Shown: positions 35,263-45,382 of the stretch, piece after piece
Layout of the letters: every line of letters begins with the position of its first letter
Position numbering within the stretch: the first letter of the stretch is position 1
The notes under the pieces: generated by a model
What the model was told of the DNA's origin: nothing
Database searches by the model: none
The model's input: only the letters and a program-made list of their open reading frames with translations
Made by a program: the position numbers and the translations under genes
Assembly: GCA_964397755.1 (NCBI GenBank)
Contig: CAYNJY010000002.1
Coordinates: 15,620 to 79,619, forward strand
From: an uncultured Gammaproteobacteria bacterium
GTDB taxonomy: Bacteria; Patescibacteriota; Microgenomatia; UBA10105; UBA927
Length of the DNA stretch: 64,000 bases
Direction of reading: 5' to 3'

Positions 35263-36372
35263 ATGAAAGTCGTCGTCGTCGTTCCCACCTATAACGAGCG
35301 GGAAAGCATACAGGACCTTCTGAACGGTCTTAAAAAGGCAGCCTCAAGAATTACCGGTCATACGCTGTCGTACCTTATTGTAGATGATACATCGCCAGAC
35401 GGAACGGGGTCAGTTGTTGCTTCCTACCAGAAATCACATACAGACGTCTATCTTCTCAGCGGGAAAAAGCAAGGGCTTGGGCGAGCACTGCTTCGTGGTA
35501 TGCTCTATGCGATAGATCATCTGGGAGCAGATATCGTCGTTCAGATGGATGCGGATTTATCACACGACCCAGCAGTATTACCGGAGTTCATCCGGAGAAT
35601 CGATCGGGGAGCGAATTTCGCTGTCGGCAGTCGCTACATACCAGGCGGGTCGATACCGGGAAACTGGGCCCCGCATAGAAAGCTATTTAGTGTCATCGGA
35701 AACGCTGTCGTGCGTTTTGGCTTAGGATTTTCTCATATCCACGATTGGACGGGAGGCTACCGTGCCTATCATAAACAGTTTGTTTTGGGATCGAAGGATG
35801 AGCTCGGGAAATATAGCGGTTATGTTTTTCAGATCGCCTTTCTCCACAAGTCCATCAAACTAGGCGCACATATTGTCGAGGTACCCATTCATTTTACCGA
35901 TCGGCGTTTTGGTCACTCAAAGATCGCTCCTTCCCAGTATGTCCGCGATGTTCTCCTGTATGTTTTTCGTTCGCGGTGGGAGCAAACGGTTGGTGGGCCG
36001 TCTGGAAAATTTTTAGTCGTTGGCACCATCGGGCTTATGATTAATACTGCGGTTCTGGAACTACTGGTGGCGCTCGGGTTGCATCCGGCAGGAGGGTCGG
36101 CGATTGGCGCAGAATGTGCGATAGTGAGTAATTTCTTTCTCAACAACCGCTGGACGTTTGTGCACCGGCGCATCACCGGCGGCAGAACAGTGAGGAAATT
36201 TTTCCAGTTTAACGTAGCCTCTCTTGGTGCTATGGTGATTCAGGCAGGCACGGTATGGCTCGGTACGATGGCAGCGGGTATCCAGGCGTATCGGCTATTT
36301 TACCTCTTAGGCGTTGGCTTTGGCCTTATCTGGAACTATACAATGTACTCGAGGGTGATTTGGAAGAAATAA
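35263..36372 (+). CDS. GT2 polyprenol-phosphate sugar synthase (DPM1/GtrB-like) fused to a C-terminal GtrA-like 4-TM domain
   Basis: A VVVVPTYNERESI GT2 N-terminus with DAD and a C-terminal GtrA-like membrane domain. Confidence 0.75.
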   Translation: MKVVVVVPTYNERESIQDLLNGLKKAASRITGHTLSYLIVDDTSPDGTGSVVASYQKSHTDVYLLSGKKQGLGRALLRGMLYAIDHLGADIVVQMDADLSHDPAVLPEFIRRIDRGANFAVGSRYIPGGSIPGNWAPHRKLFSVIGNAVVRFGLGFSHIHDWTGGYRAYHKQFVLGSKDELGKYSGYVFQIAFLHKSIKLGAHIVEVPIHFTDRRFGHSKIAPSQYVRDVLLYVFRSRWEQTVGGPSGKFLVVGTIGLMINTAVLELLVALGLHPAGGSAIGAECAIVSNFFLNNRWTFVHRRITGGRTVRKFFQFNVASLGAMVIQAGTVWLGTMAAGIQAYRLFYLLGVGFGLIWNYTMYSRVIWKK

Positions 36373-36379
36373 TACCTTA

Positions 36380-37978
36380 ATGAATAGCCTAAAAAAATCT
36401 GTACAACGCTCTCTTCCGGCTGTTATGTTGCTGCTGATTCTATGTATTGGTGCATACCTGCGCCTATTTCGAATTTCCGAGTACTTGACGTTTTTGGGAG
36501 ATGAGGGTCGAGACGCCTTGGTGGTGAAGCGAATGCTGGTTGAGAAAAAGTTTACGCTTCTGGGTCCCACCGCCTCAGTTGGCGGGTTCTTTTTAGGACC
36601 TATCTATTACTATTTTATGATGCCGTTCTTGGCTTTGTGGCGTTTGGATCCGACCGGGCCGGCTGTCATGGTGGCATTGTCTGGAGTTGCCACAATATAT
36701 TTGGTTTGGAGACTAGGGTCTGAATTATTTTCCCCTCTAACAGGGATGATTGCCGCAAGCTTATACGCTTTTTCTCCTCTGGTGATTGCCTATTCGCGCC
36801 ACTCTTGGAATCCCAATCTTGTTCCGTTTTTTGCCACCCTTCTCATTTTTTTCCTGTGGAAGTGGTCGAAGGACGGTCGGCTGGTTAGCGCTTTTTGGGC
36901 GGGCGTAGTCGTGGGAGTCGGTTTGCAGCTTCACTACCTTTTTTTATTTTTAGTTCCGATCTCATTGATCTGGGCAATGCTCAACTGTCGGGGAGGACGC
37001 CGCAGAGCCCAAATTATAGGAGTCGGTCTCGTGGGGTTTTTATGCGGATACGCGCCTTTTCTGGCCTTTGAAATCCGCCATAACTTTCCTAATACCCAGT
37101 CGATCATTCGCTTTCTCCTAAAAGGGGAAGAGACCGGTTGGAGTGCCAAAATTTTTCAGCAGAACATTTCCGATGTAGTGTTTAGACTCTTTGGCCGGTT
37201 GGTGCTGAGACTGCCTCCCCGAGAACAATGGGAACTTAAACCCGTTTGGCAAATGATTTCGTGGATTGTCGCGACCAGGCTGGCCATTTTGACGAGTCTA
37301 CTTTTTATCATCGGAGAGATGTTTCGCTTCGTGCCAACGCGAGTGTTTCGGTTGCTTGAGGGCCGACACCCCCAGTTGTCTCAGAGAGCGTTCGTGCTAC
37401 TGTTCCTTTGGTTTGCCGTGCCGGTCGTTCTTTTCGGATTTTATCAGCGCGGCATTTACGACTATTATCTGGGTGTTATGTTTGCGGTTCCTTTTTTGGC
37501 AGTCGCTTTGATTTTGACCGTGTTGTGGCATATAGGTCCGACTAAATGGTTGGCTGTGGCTGTTTGGATAGGCTTGGTTTTCCTCAACTGGCAGGGAAGA
37601 CCTTTTCGGTACCCTCCTAATAATCAGCTTGCCCAAGCCAAAAGGATTGCGGCCGAGGCGCTCGCCAAAACCGAGGGTAAGCCCTTCAATTTTGCTCTGA
37701 TTACTTCTTTAAATTCTGATCACGCGTACCGGTACTTCTTTGAGATTTGGGGTAATCCTCCGGTGACGATCGAAAACGAGACGGTAGATCCGGAACGCAA
37801 GACGGTCTCCGGTCAGCTTATCATTATCTGCGAAACTGTGGCTTGTAAGCCACTTGGGCACCCATTGTGGGAGATTGCGGGGTTTGGCAGGGCGCAGATT
37901 AGCGGAGAGTGGGATGTGCCGTTTGTCAAGATATTCAAGCTTGTCCACTACGCGGCAGACCAAAAGGAGAGGATATGA
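36380..37978 (+). CDS. GT-C glycosyltransferase, family 39/83 (ArnT/PMT-like)
   Basis: A polytopic protein with LGDEGRD in the first extracytoplasmic loop, the PMT/ArnT catalytic loop. Confidence 0.65.
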   Translation: MNSLKKSVQRSLPAVMLLLILCIGAYLRLFRISEYLTFLGDEGRDALVVKRMLVEKKFTLLGPTASVGGFFLGPIYYYFMMPFLALWRLDPTGPAVMVALSGVATIYLVWRLGSELFSPLTGMIAASLYAFSPLVIAYSRHSWNPNLVPFFATLLIFFLWKWSKDGRLVSAFWAGVVVGVGLQLHYLFLFLVPISLIWAMLNCRGGRRRAQIIGVGLVGFLCGYAPFLAFEIRHNFPNTQSIIRFLLKGEETGWSAKIFQQNISDVVFRLFGRLVLRLPPREQWELKPVWQMISWIVATRLAILTSLLFIIGEMFRFVPTRVFRLLEGRHPQLSQRAFVLLFLWFAVPVVLFGFYQRGIYDYYLGVMFAVPFLAVALILTVLWHIGPTKWLAVAVWIGLVFLNWQGRPFRYPPNNQLAQAKRIAAEALAKTEGKPFNFALITSLNSDHAYRYFFEIWGNPPVTIENETVDPERKTVSGQLIIICETVACKPLGHPLWEIAGFGRAQISGEWDVPFVKIFKLVHYAADQKERI

Positions 37979-38745
37979 GGCGTCCGTATTTGACGGTCGT
38001 TATACCCGCCTATAACGAGGAAACAAATATTCGTTTGGGAGCACTGGACAAGGTGATGCGCTACCTGGAGCACCAAACGTATCTCTGGGAGGTTGTCCTG
38101 GTTGACGACGGATCGACAGACGCCACACCGTTTCTTTTGGATAATTTTGAAAGGTCCAATCGCAATGTCCGCATCGTGCACAAATCCCACCAAGGCAAAG
38201 CCGCGACGGTGATTTCGGGCGTTGCGGTCGCCGCCGGGGATATTGTCCTTTTTACCGATTTAGATCAGGCGACCCCCATAGATATGCTCGAGAGGGTACT
38301 TCCTTGGTTTGGGCGGGGTTTTGAGGTGGTAATCGGTTCGCGCAATACCCACCGTGAGGGCGCGCCACTGCTCAGACGGCTCATGGCGCGGGGGTTTATA
38401 TATCTTCGCACCTTATTTTTGGGGCTCTCATTAATTTCTGACACGCAGTGTGGTTTTAAGGCCTTCAGGCGGGAGGCGGCTCGCTCGATTTTTGCCAAAC
38501 TTATGCTTTATACCAAGAAGCATCAAGCGAAAGGCTCGATGGTCTCGGCCGGTTTTGATGTCGAAACGTTGTTTCTAGCCAAAAAACTCGGCTTCAACAT
38601 AAAAGAGGTAGCGGTGGAGTGGCATTATGTAGAAACACGACGCGTTAATCCCCTGAAAGATTCTTGGCAGGGTTTGGTTGATATCCTCAAAATCCGTTGG
38701 AACTCTATAACTGGGAAATATATAGATTCAGTAGATAAAAGATGA
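37975..38745 (+). CDS. GT2 glycosyltransferase, DPM-synthase-like
   Basis: LTVVIPAYNEE...VVLVDDGSTD...DLD. An ATGA overlap couples it to the upstream gene. Confidence 0.75.
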   Translation: MRRPYLTVVIPAYNEETNIRLGALDKVMRYLEHQTYLWEVVLVDDGSTDATPFLLDNFERSNRNVRIVHKSHQGKAATVISGVAVAAGDIVLFTDLDQATPIDMLERVLPWFGRGFEVVIGSRNTHREGAPLLRRLMARGFIYLRTLFLGLSLISDTQCGFKAFRREAARSIFAKLMLYTKKHQAKGSMVSAGFDVETLFLAKKLGFNIKEVAVEWHYVETRRVNPLKDSWQGLVDILKIRWNSITGKYIDSVDKR

Positions 38746-39893
38746 AACGTAAATCTTCGGGTTTAAAGCTGTTGCGGGTTTTATATATTCTTGCCTCAAT
38801 CCTTTTGTTTCTCTACTCCTATACACAAGTGGATCTTAACTTGACGCTGTCGCGGGTGAGTGAGTGGCAAACGGTGCAAAAATTTTTTCAGAGCATCGGT
38901 TACTTCAATCGGCCGTTATCGACATGGCTCTATGCTGGGTTTCTCGCGGTCTTTTTTGCTCTCTATGTCTGGGTGATTCACCTTGTGAGAAATGGAGAGA
39001 TGAGTGAGCGAAATCTCTGGCAGGTGATTGTGACTATGACAGCGATCCTGGTTTTCTCGTATCCGGCCTTTTCCTACGATATGTTCAACTATATGTTTAC
39101 CGCCAAAACCGTGCTTTTTTACCACAAGAATCCGTATCTCGTGATTCCTCTTCAATTTGCGGGAGTAGAACCATGGGTCAACTTTATGCGTTGGGTGCAT
39201 CTGCCCAGTGCGTACACGCCATTATGGGTACTCTTTACCTTACCGGCGTATCTAGCGGGCTTCGGATTTTTTCTCACGATCATGTGGAGCATCAAGCTTT
39301 TGGTCGCGGTGTTTCATGTCTCAACTATCTGGGGCATAGGTAAAATTCTTGAGAAAGTTGAGCCCAGACATAAACTTTTGGGCATGGCGATTTTTGCCCT
39401 CAATCCGCTGATTATTATCGAAAACCTAGTGTCGTCTCATAACGATGTCGTTATGATGGCGCTTGCGATGTGGGGGATACTTCTGTTTCTGGAAAAGAAA
39501 AAACTGGTATCGTGGTTTGTCCTTTCTCTTTCAGTTTCTGTAAAACTTTTAACAATATTTCTCATCCCTGTGTTTCTTTTTGCATACAAAAAGGCGATGA
39601 ACTGGCGAGTGTGGTCGCTGGTTGCCATGCTTACCGGCTTTACCCTTGTGATTTTTCAGAGGGAGGTACTTCCCTGGTACTGGGTGTGGATTGTGCCGTT
39701 TGTGGCACTCCTGCCTCGGCAGAGGTGGATAACGACCATCTCAACCGGCGTCTCCCTTGGCCTCCTTCTTCGCTACACACCATTTCTCTATCTTGGTCAC
39801 TGGGACCCACCGGTGCCGCTGATCAAGCTGTGGGTTACCTGGGTTCCCATTGTCGCTTCACTCTTCGTTGCGGTCATGAAGTATCGACCGTGA
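38742..39893 (+). CDS. Polytopic membrane protein, possible GT-C fold glycosyltransferase
   Basis: About 11 predicted TM segments. No confident family assignment. Confidence 0.35.
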   Translation: MKRKSSGLKLLRVLYILASILLFLYSYTQVDLNLTLSRVSEWQTVQKFFQSIGYFNRPLSTWLYAGFLAVFFALYVWVIHLVRNGEMSERNLWQVIVTMTAILVFSYPAFSYDMFNYMFTAKTVLFYHKNPYLVIPLQFAGVEPWVNFMRWVHLPSAYTPLWVLFTLPAYLAGFGFFLTIMWSIKLLVAVFHVSTIWGIGKILEKVEPRHKLLGMAIFALNPLIIIENLVSSHNDVVMMALAMWGILLFLEKKKLVSWFVLSLSVSVKLLTIFLIPVFLFAYKKAMNWRVWSLVAMLTGFTLVIFQREVLPWYWVWIVPFVALLPRQRWITTISTGVSLGLLLRYTPFLYLGHWDPPVPLIKLWVTWVPIVASLFVAVMKYRP

Positions 39894-39962
39894 AGAGCTC
39901 CATGATTCCACTCTTCGTTTTCATTTGCTCCGACTTCTCTCCATTGGGTATAATCAGAAGAT

Positions 39963-41483
39963 ATGGTAGCGGCCAAAAAGACGTGGCGGCGGATGATCCT
40001 GTGGGCTACTCTCATCATTCTTGTCTACTTTGCTTCAAGACTCACGAACCTTACTGCACTTCCGATTTTTACCGACGAGGCGATCTACATCCGCTGGTCG
40101 CAGATTGGAGCGCGGGATGCCAACTGGCGCTTCATCTCCCTCACCGACGGCAAACAACCGATGTTTACATGGTTTATGATGGCGCTCTTGCGTGTCGTTC
40201 CCGGCGATCCCCTCTATGTTGGCCGTCTTGTCTCTGTGTTTGCCGGAGCAGGAAGCATGGTAGGGTTGTGGTTTTTGGCGTACGAGTTGTTTAAGAGCCG
40301 AAAGGTAGCGTTTTTCTCGAGCGGCCTTTACCTTATTTCTCCCTTTGGTTTGATGTATGACCGGATGGCTCTCTACGACTCCCTTGTTGCGACGTTTTAC
40401 ATCTGGAATTTTTATCTTGCTATTCTTCTCGTTCGTCGTATACGTCTTGATGTAGCTCTTATCCTTGGTATGATTTTGGGAGCGGGGATGCTCAATAAGA
40501 CGTCAGGGTTCCTGAGCCTCTATCTTCTTCCGATGACGCTTCTCCTTTTTGACTGGCACCGGAAAGACCGTTTCAGACGGTTTCTCACGTGGTTTCTCCT
40601 TGCTATTCTTGCGGCCCTACTGTCTCAGGTTCTTTATAGTATTTTGCGCTTATCTCCCTTTTTTCACATGGTTGCACAAAAAGACCAGGTGTTCATTTAT
40701 TCGTTCGGTGAGTGGATGCAGCACCCCGTGCAGTTTCTCGAAGGAAATCTCAAAGGGTTGTTTGATTGGCTCATTCACTATTTGTCCGTACCGGTGTTTA
40801 TCGCGACGATGATTCCGCTCTTGTTATGGCGAGAAAGAAGACGCGAGAAACTCCTCTTGGCACTTTGGTGGCTTATTCCTTTTCTTGGGCTTGCCTCATT
40901 CGGCAGGGTGCTCTACCCTCGATTTATTTTTTTTATGGTTATGCCGCTTCTCGTATTGGCCGCCACGACAGTTTTCTGGCTGTGGGTGAATTACCAAAAA
41001 TCTTTTTTGGGCATCGTCCTTTTCGGTCTTGTATTTTTCCCAAGTATTATTACCGATTACTTTATCATTACCGACCCTCTTCATGCCCCTATTCCCTATG
41101 CGGATAAAGGGCAGTATATCGATAATTGGCCAGCGGGGTGGGGCATACCTGAAGTCAATCAATTCGTAATAGACGCTTCAAAGAAAGGCAACGTGACGGT
41201 TTATACAGAGGGGACTTTCGGGCTCTTACCGTACGCGGTGGAGATGTATGTCGTGGACTATCCCAATGTGGAGGTGAGAGGTATATGGCCGCTTCCGAAG
41301 GATATGCCAAAGGAGATTCTTGAGTCTGCACGCCTTCAACCGACGTTTCTTGTACTGAATCAGTCTCAGGAGCTCCCGGGCACATGGCCAGTCACGCTAG
41401 TTTTTGAAAAGCAAAAAGGGAACAGAAAGGATCGAAAACTCCGTTTCTATCAGGTTGAGACTCCACCCGCATCCTCAGTATGA
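39963..41483 (+). CDS. GT-C glycosyltransferase, family 39-like (PMT_2)
   Basis: FTDEAIYIRW is the DE loop. A polytopic protein of 506 aa. Confidence 0.6.
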   Translation: MVAAKKTWRRMILWATLIILVYFASRLTNLTALPIFTDEAIYIRWSQIGARDANWRFISLTDGKQPMFTWFMMALLRVVPGDPLYVGRLVSVFAGAGSMVGLWFLAYELFKSRKVAFFSSGLYLISPFGLMYDRMALYDSLVATFYIWNFYLAILLVRRIRLDVALILGMILGAGMLNKTSGFLSLYLLPMTLLLFDWHRKDRFRRFLTWFLLAILAALLSQVLYSILRLSPFFHMVAQKDQVFIYSFGEWMQHPVQFLEGNLKGLFDWLIHYLSVPVFIATMIPLLLWRERRREKLLLALWWLIPFLGLASFGRVLYPRFIFFMVMPLLVLAATTVFWLWVNYQKSFLGIVLFGLVFFPSIITDYFIITDPLHAPIPYADKGQYIDNWPAGWGIPEVNQFVIDASKKGNVTVYTEGTFGLLPYAVEMYVVDYPNVEVRGIWPLPKDMPKEILESARLQPTFLVLNQSQELPGTWPVTLVFEKQKGNRKDRKLRFYQVETPPASSV

Positions 41484-43015
41484 AGGGAACCCATACTACT
41501 AGCTACTGGGTTATTGCGATTCTCCTTGTTTGTGCGGCAGTTCTTTGGCCGCTTGTTCGGCCAGGGTTCTACCTGTCCGATGATGGCGAGTGGATGGTCA
41601 TTCGTTTGAGCGCGTTTTTTCAAAGCCTCAGAGACGGGCAAGTGCCCACTCGGTTTTTAGGGAGACTCAACCATAGTTACGGTTACCCGGTCTCCAACTT
41701 CTTATATCCTGGTTTTCTCTATCTAGGATCTGTGATCCACGGACTCGGATTCTCGTTTGTGAACTCCGTAAAAATTATCCTCGCAGGCTCCGTTATAGCG
41801 ACGAGTCTCGCACTTTTTTTCTGGCTGCGCCTACAATTTACAATCCTTCCGAGCTTATTCGGTGCGGCAGGGTTTGTGTTTGCTCCGTATCTGCTCTACG
41901 ACCTGTACGTGCGCGGTTCGGTCGGCGAGGTGTTAGCCTTTGTTCCTGCCGCAATCGGCTTGTTTAGTATTGATTCGAACAAGCGACTGTTATTCCCTTT
42001 GGTAGTCGCACTGCTTATTGTCAGTCATAATTCTCTCGCGGCCATATTGCTTCTTGTGCTTCTCGGTTACCTCGTGGTTCGGAAGAAAGAGCATTGGTGG
42101 AGGGAAGTCCTCTTGGGGCTAGGGTTAGTCTCTTTTTTCTGGTTCCCGGCGCTCGTCGAGCGACAATTTGTGGTATTTGACAGCGTTTCGGTGTCCCGCC
42201 CACAGGAATATTTTGTTTCTGGAAATCGATGGATACTTTTGGGACCGGGAGCTTTGTTTGCGCTTCTCCTCGTTCTTTTGATCCAAAGAAAACGCGACAA
42301 AAAAGATCGTTTCTTTCTCCTTGTCTGTATCCTCAGCGTGTTCTTTTCAACTTCGCTCTCACTGCCCGTGTGGTCACTTCCGGTTTTCGCTAAGCTCGTT
42401 CAGTTTCCCTATCGCTTTAGCGCGGCACTTACTCTCTGCGGTTCCTATTGTATCGCGCGTGCGCTTGAGGGGATATCTCGCCAACACCGAGCATTGGTTT
42501 TGATCACGTGGATGACTCTCTGGTTTATCCCTGCCGTATCGATTCTCCGGGCGGTTACGTTTGTTCATCGCCCAGAAGGCTACTATACAACCAACGAAGC
42601 TACAACAACGGTTGCTGATGAGTATATGCCGCGATGGGTGCAAGAAAAGCCTACGCGCAGGCCACCCACAAAGGTTGAATGGCGAGAGGCCGATGGGAAA
42701 TTCACGATACAGGAGAGTACTAGTCGACGCATAGTGGCAGATGTTAGAGCACAACAAGACAGCACAATGCAAATCAACACGATCTATTATCCCGGCTGGG
42801 GAGTCACCGTGGACGGAGCGCGGGTTCCGATAGACTATCAAAATCTTCTTGGAGTGATGCGCATTATGGTGCCCCAAGGGGAGCACCGCGTTGTGGCAGA
42901 GTTTCGCGAGACGCCGACACGATTTTTTACAGACTTTCTCTCGGCAATAAGTATTCTTTCCTACAGTTGGATTTTTGTTAAGGCCGCTAAGGGGAGAATG
43001 CTATCAACGGTATGA
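41480..43015 (+). CDS. Divergent YfhO-family GT-C membrane protein (paralog A)
   Basis: An N-terminal DDGEW...LRDGQVPTRF motif and the C-terminal YYPGWGVTVDG...VPQGEHRV motif shared with the YfhO proteins here. Confidence 0.5.
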   Translation: MKGTHTTSYWVIAILLVCAAVLWPLVRPGFYLSDDGEWMVIRLSAFFQSLRDGQVPTRFLGRLNHSYGYPVSNFLYPGFLYLGSVIHGLGFSFVNSVKIILAGSVIATSLALFFWLRLQFTILPSLFGAAGFVFAPYLLYDLYVRGSVGEVLAFVPAAIGLFSIDSNKRLLFPLVVALLIVSHNSLAAILLLVLLGYLVVRKKEHWWREVLLGLGLVSFFWFPALVERQFVVFDSVSVSRPQEYFVSGNRWILLGPGALFALLLVLLIQRKRDKKDRFFLLVCILSVFFSTSLSLPVWSLPVFAKLVQFPYRFSAALTLCGSYCIARALEGISRQHRALVLITWMTLWFIPAVSILRAVTFVHRPEGYYTTNEATTTVADEYMPRWVQEKPTRRPPTKVEWREADGKFTIQESTSRRIVADVRAQQDSTMQINTIYYPGWGVTVDGARVPIDYQNLLGVMRIMVPQGEHRVVAEFRETPTRFFTDFLSAISILSYSWIFVKAAKGRMLSTV

Positions 43016-44676
43016 AAAAACACAGAGTGCCTGTTTTGTTACTGCTTATTTTTTCCGTTTGGAGTATCAAGCCTTTATTTTCATCTGGTTTTTTCCCGAT
43101 GCATGACGATACGCAGGTAGGGAGGGTTGTTGTCATGGGGAGAGCACTCCGCAATGGCCAATTTCCGGTTCGGTGGGTTTCGGATTTAGGATATGGGTAT
43201 GGTTACCCAATGTTTAATTTTTATGGACCCTTGCCGTATTATGTTGGCGGGGCGCTCCACGCACTCGGAGTGAGCGGACTTGTCGCAACAAAAGCCATGT
43301 TTGTCATAGGTATCGTGTCTAGTGCAATGATGATGTATGGCCTCGCCTCATGGGTTTTTGGAAGGTTAGCAGGGTTACTTTCGGGACTTTTGTACCTGTA
43401 CGCACCATACCACGCGGTTCAAATATACGTCCGGGGAGCAGTGGGGGAGTTTTGGGCTTCAGGGTTTTTACCGTTGATACCATTAGGAATTCTGCTTACG
43501 TGTAGAGAAAAAGAACGACGGAGGGGCATATTGATTGGGGGCATCGCACTTGCATTGGTCATACTCTCTCATACAATTTTCGGGTACGTCACTACCCTCC
43601 TCCTTGTGCTGTCACTCATTCTGTACTGGCTCATGCGTTTTGTGAGAAGAACGTACGATACCAAGCTTCTAACTTCACACGTCCTTCTTCTTGTAACGGG
43701 CCTTGGGCTCTCAGCCTTTTTTTGGTTCCCTGCACTGGGAGAGATGAGACATACCGCCGTAAAGGAACAAATAGGAGGGTCAGCAAGTTTTCTCGATCAC
43801 TTTGTTTGCCCATTGCAACTATGGAATTCACCGTGGGGTTTTGGAGGGTCCGTTCCTGGGTGTATTGATGGTATGTCGTTTAAACTTGGTAAACTTCATG
43901 TGATTCTTGCTGTCATTGTGCTTGTCCTTGCAATTGCGAGAAAGAGATTCATGAGGAAGGAACGGCACATCATTTTTTGGGCGTCGGTTATCGGCGGGGC
44001 GTCACTTTTTCTTGCTCTGCCACAATCGGCATTGGCTTGGCTTCACCTGCCGAAGTTTGCCTATGTTCAATATCCGTGGCGCTTTCTTTCTTTCGCACTC
44101 ATCGGCATTTCGTTTGTTGGAGGAGGCCTCGTTCAAGGGGTACCGGCTGGTTTTCGACGGGTGATTACGACGACGATTTTGGCTGCAGCTGTTCTCGTTG
44201 TGAACGCAAAACTGTTTATTCCTCAGTACCAGTACCCCCGAACACTTTACACGTTTGAGTCAGAAGAGGATCTGAGGTGGCGCGTATCAAAAATCTCCGA
44301 TGAGTATCTTCCTCATGGAACCCTCCGGCCTTCTCGCTACGAAGAAATCGCCCGTGAAGCATTGCCGAGCACGCCGACACTGAAAGTGGAAACCGAAATT
44401 GACACAGAGACCTACATCAAGTTTCTCGTCGCGAGTAAAACTTCGCAAACAGTTACCATCCATCGTGCGTATTTTCCCGGATGGCGCTATTTCGTTGATG
44501 GACAAGGCGTCGTGCCGCAGATTCGACAGGGCTTGCCGCTCCTCACCGTGCTTCCCGGCGACCACGTTATTGAGTTGCGATTCCGTAATACGCTGATTCG
44601 TACTGTTGCAAACCTCATCTCTCTCGTCACGGCGATCGTGTATGTGTCTACGTATGGGAAAAAAACCTACGCTTAA
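43012..44676 (+). CDS. Divergent YfhO-family GT-C membrane protein (paralog B, tandem to 41480)
   Basis: An N-terminal MHDDTQ...LRNGQFPVRW motif and the C-terminal YFPGWRYFVDG...LPGDHVIEL motif. Confidence 0.5.
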   Translation: MKKHRVPVLLLLIFSVWSIKPLFSSGFFPMHDDTQVGRVVVMGRALRNGQFPVRWVSDLGYGYGYPMFNFYGPLPYYVGGALHALGVSGLVATKAMFVIGIVSSAMMMYGLASWVFGRLAGLLSGLLYLYAPYHAVQIYVRGAVGEFWASGFLPLIPLGILLTCREKERRRGILIGGIALALVILSHTIFGYVTTLLLVLSLILYWLMRFVRRTYDTKLLTSHVLLLVTGLGLSAFFWFPALGEMRHTAVKEQIGGSASFLDHFVCPLQLWNSPWGFGGSVPGCIDGMSFKLGKLHVILAVIVLVLAIARKRFMRKERHIIFWASVIGGASLFLALPQSALAWLHLPKFAYVQYPWRFLSFALIGISFVGGGLVQGVPAGFRRVITTTILAAAVLVVNAKLFIPQYQYPRTLYTFESEEDLRWRVSKISDEYLPHGTLRPSRYEEIAREALPSTPTLKVETEIDTETYIKFLVASKTSQTVTIHRAYFPGWRYFVDGQGVVPQIRQGLPLLTVLPGDHVIELRFRNTLIRTVANLISLVTAIVYVSTYGKKTYA

Positions 44677-45382
44677 TGTTGTTATTCCCGCCTATAACGA
44701 GGAGGCAGAACTTGAGGAACGTATCGTGACGCTCCGGCGATTTCTCGATAGGAACCTGACTGACTTTACATGGACTATTACGATTGTCGATAACGCCTCG
44801 ACTGACAAGACATGGACAATCGCTCTGAAACTTTCGAAACGCTATCATGGTGTTGTCGCCTATCATTTGGATAAAAAGGGCAGAGGAAGAGCAGTGAAAT
44901 ATGCATGGCGCCATTCGACCGCAGACATTGTTTCTTACATGGACGTCGACCTTTCCACAGACCTCAAACACTTTCCCCCTCTCGTGCGGAGTCTCCAGAG
45001 AGGGTATGATATCGCGATTGGTTCTCGCAACGCCCGCGGGGCGCGTGTGTACGGACGAGGACTTCTGCGTAGCATTACTTCGAAGGGCTACATTGCCCTT
45101 ATCAAACTGTTCTTCTGGGTTCATGTAAGCGATGCTCAGTGCGGCTTCAAAGCAGTCACCCGAGGCGTTGTGGAGACTCTCCTGCCGCGCGTAAAGGACA
45201 ACGAATGGTTTTTTGACTCGGAGCTCTTGATTATTGCGGAAAAATTGGGGTATCGCATTTTCGAGGAGCCCGTCACGTGGATAGATAATCCTGGCTCGAC
45301 TGTTCGTGTATGGAAAACCGCACTCGGTGATCTTCGCGGGTTGTGGCGACTATTCGTCGAAAAACCATGGCGACACCTATGA
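44654..45382 (+). CDS. GT2 glycosyltransferase, DPM-synthase-like
   Basis: LNVVIPAYNEE...TIVDNASTD...DVD. Confidence 0.75.
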   Translation: MGKKPTLNVVIPAYNEEAELEERIVTLRRFLDRNLTDFTWTITIVDNASTDKTWTIALKLSKRYHGVVAYHLDKKGRGRAVKYAWRHSTADIVSYMDVDLSTDLKHFPPLVRSLQRGYDIAIGSRNARGARVYGRGLLRSITSKGYIALIKLFFWVHVSDAQCGFKAVTRGVVETLLPRVKDNEWFFDSELLIIAEKLGYRIFEEPVTWIDNPGSTVRVWKTALGDLRGLWRLFVEKPWRHL

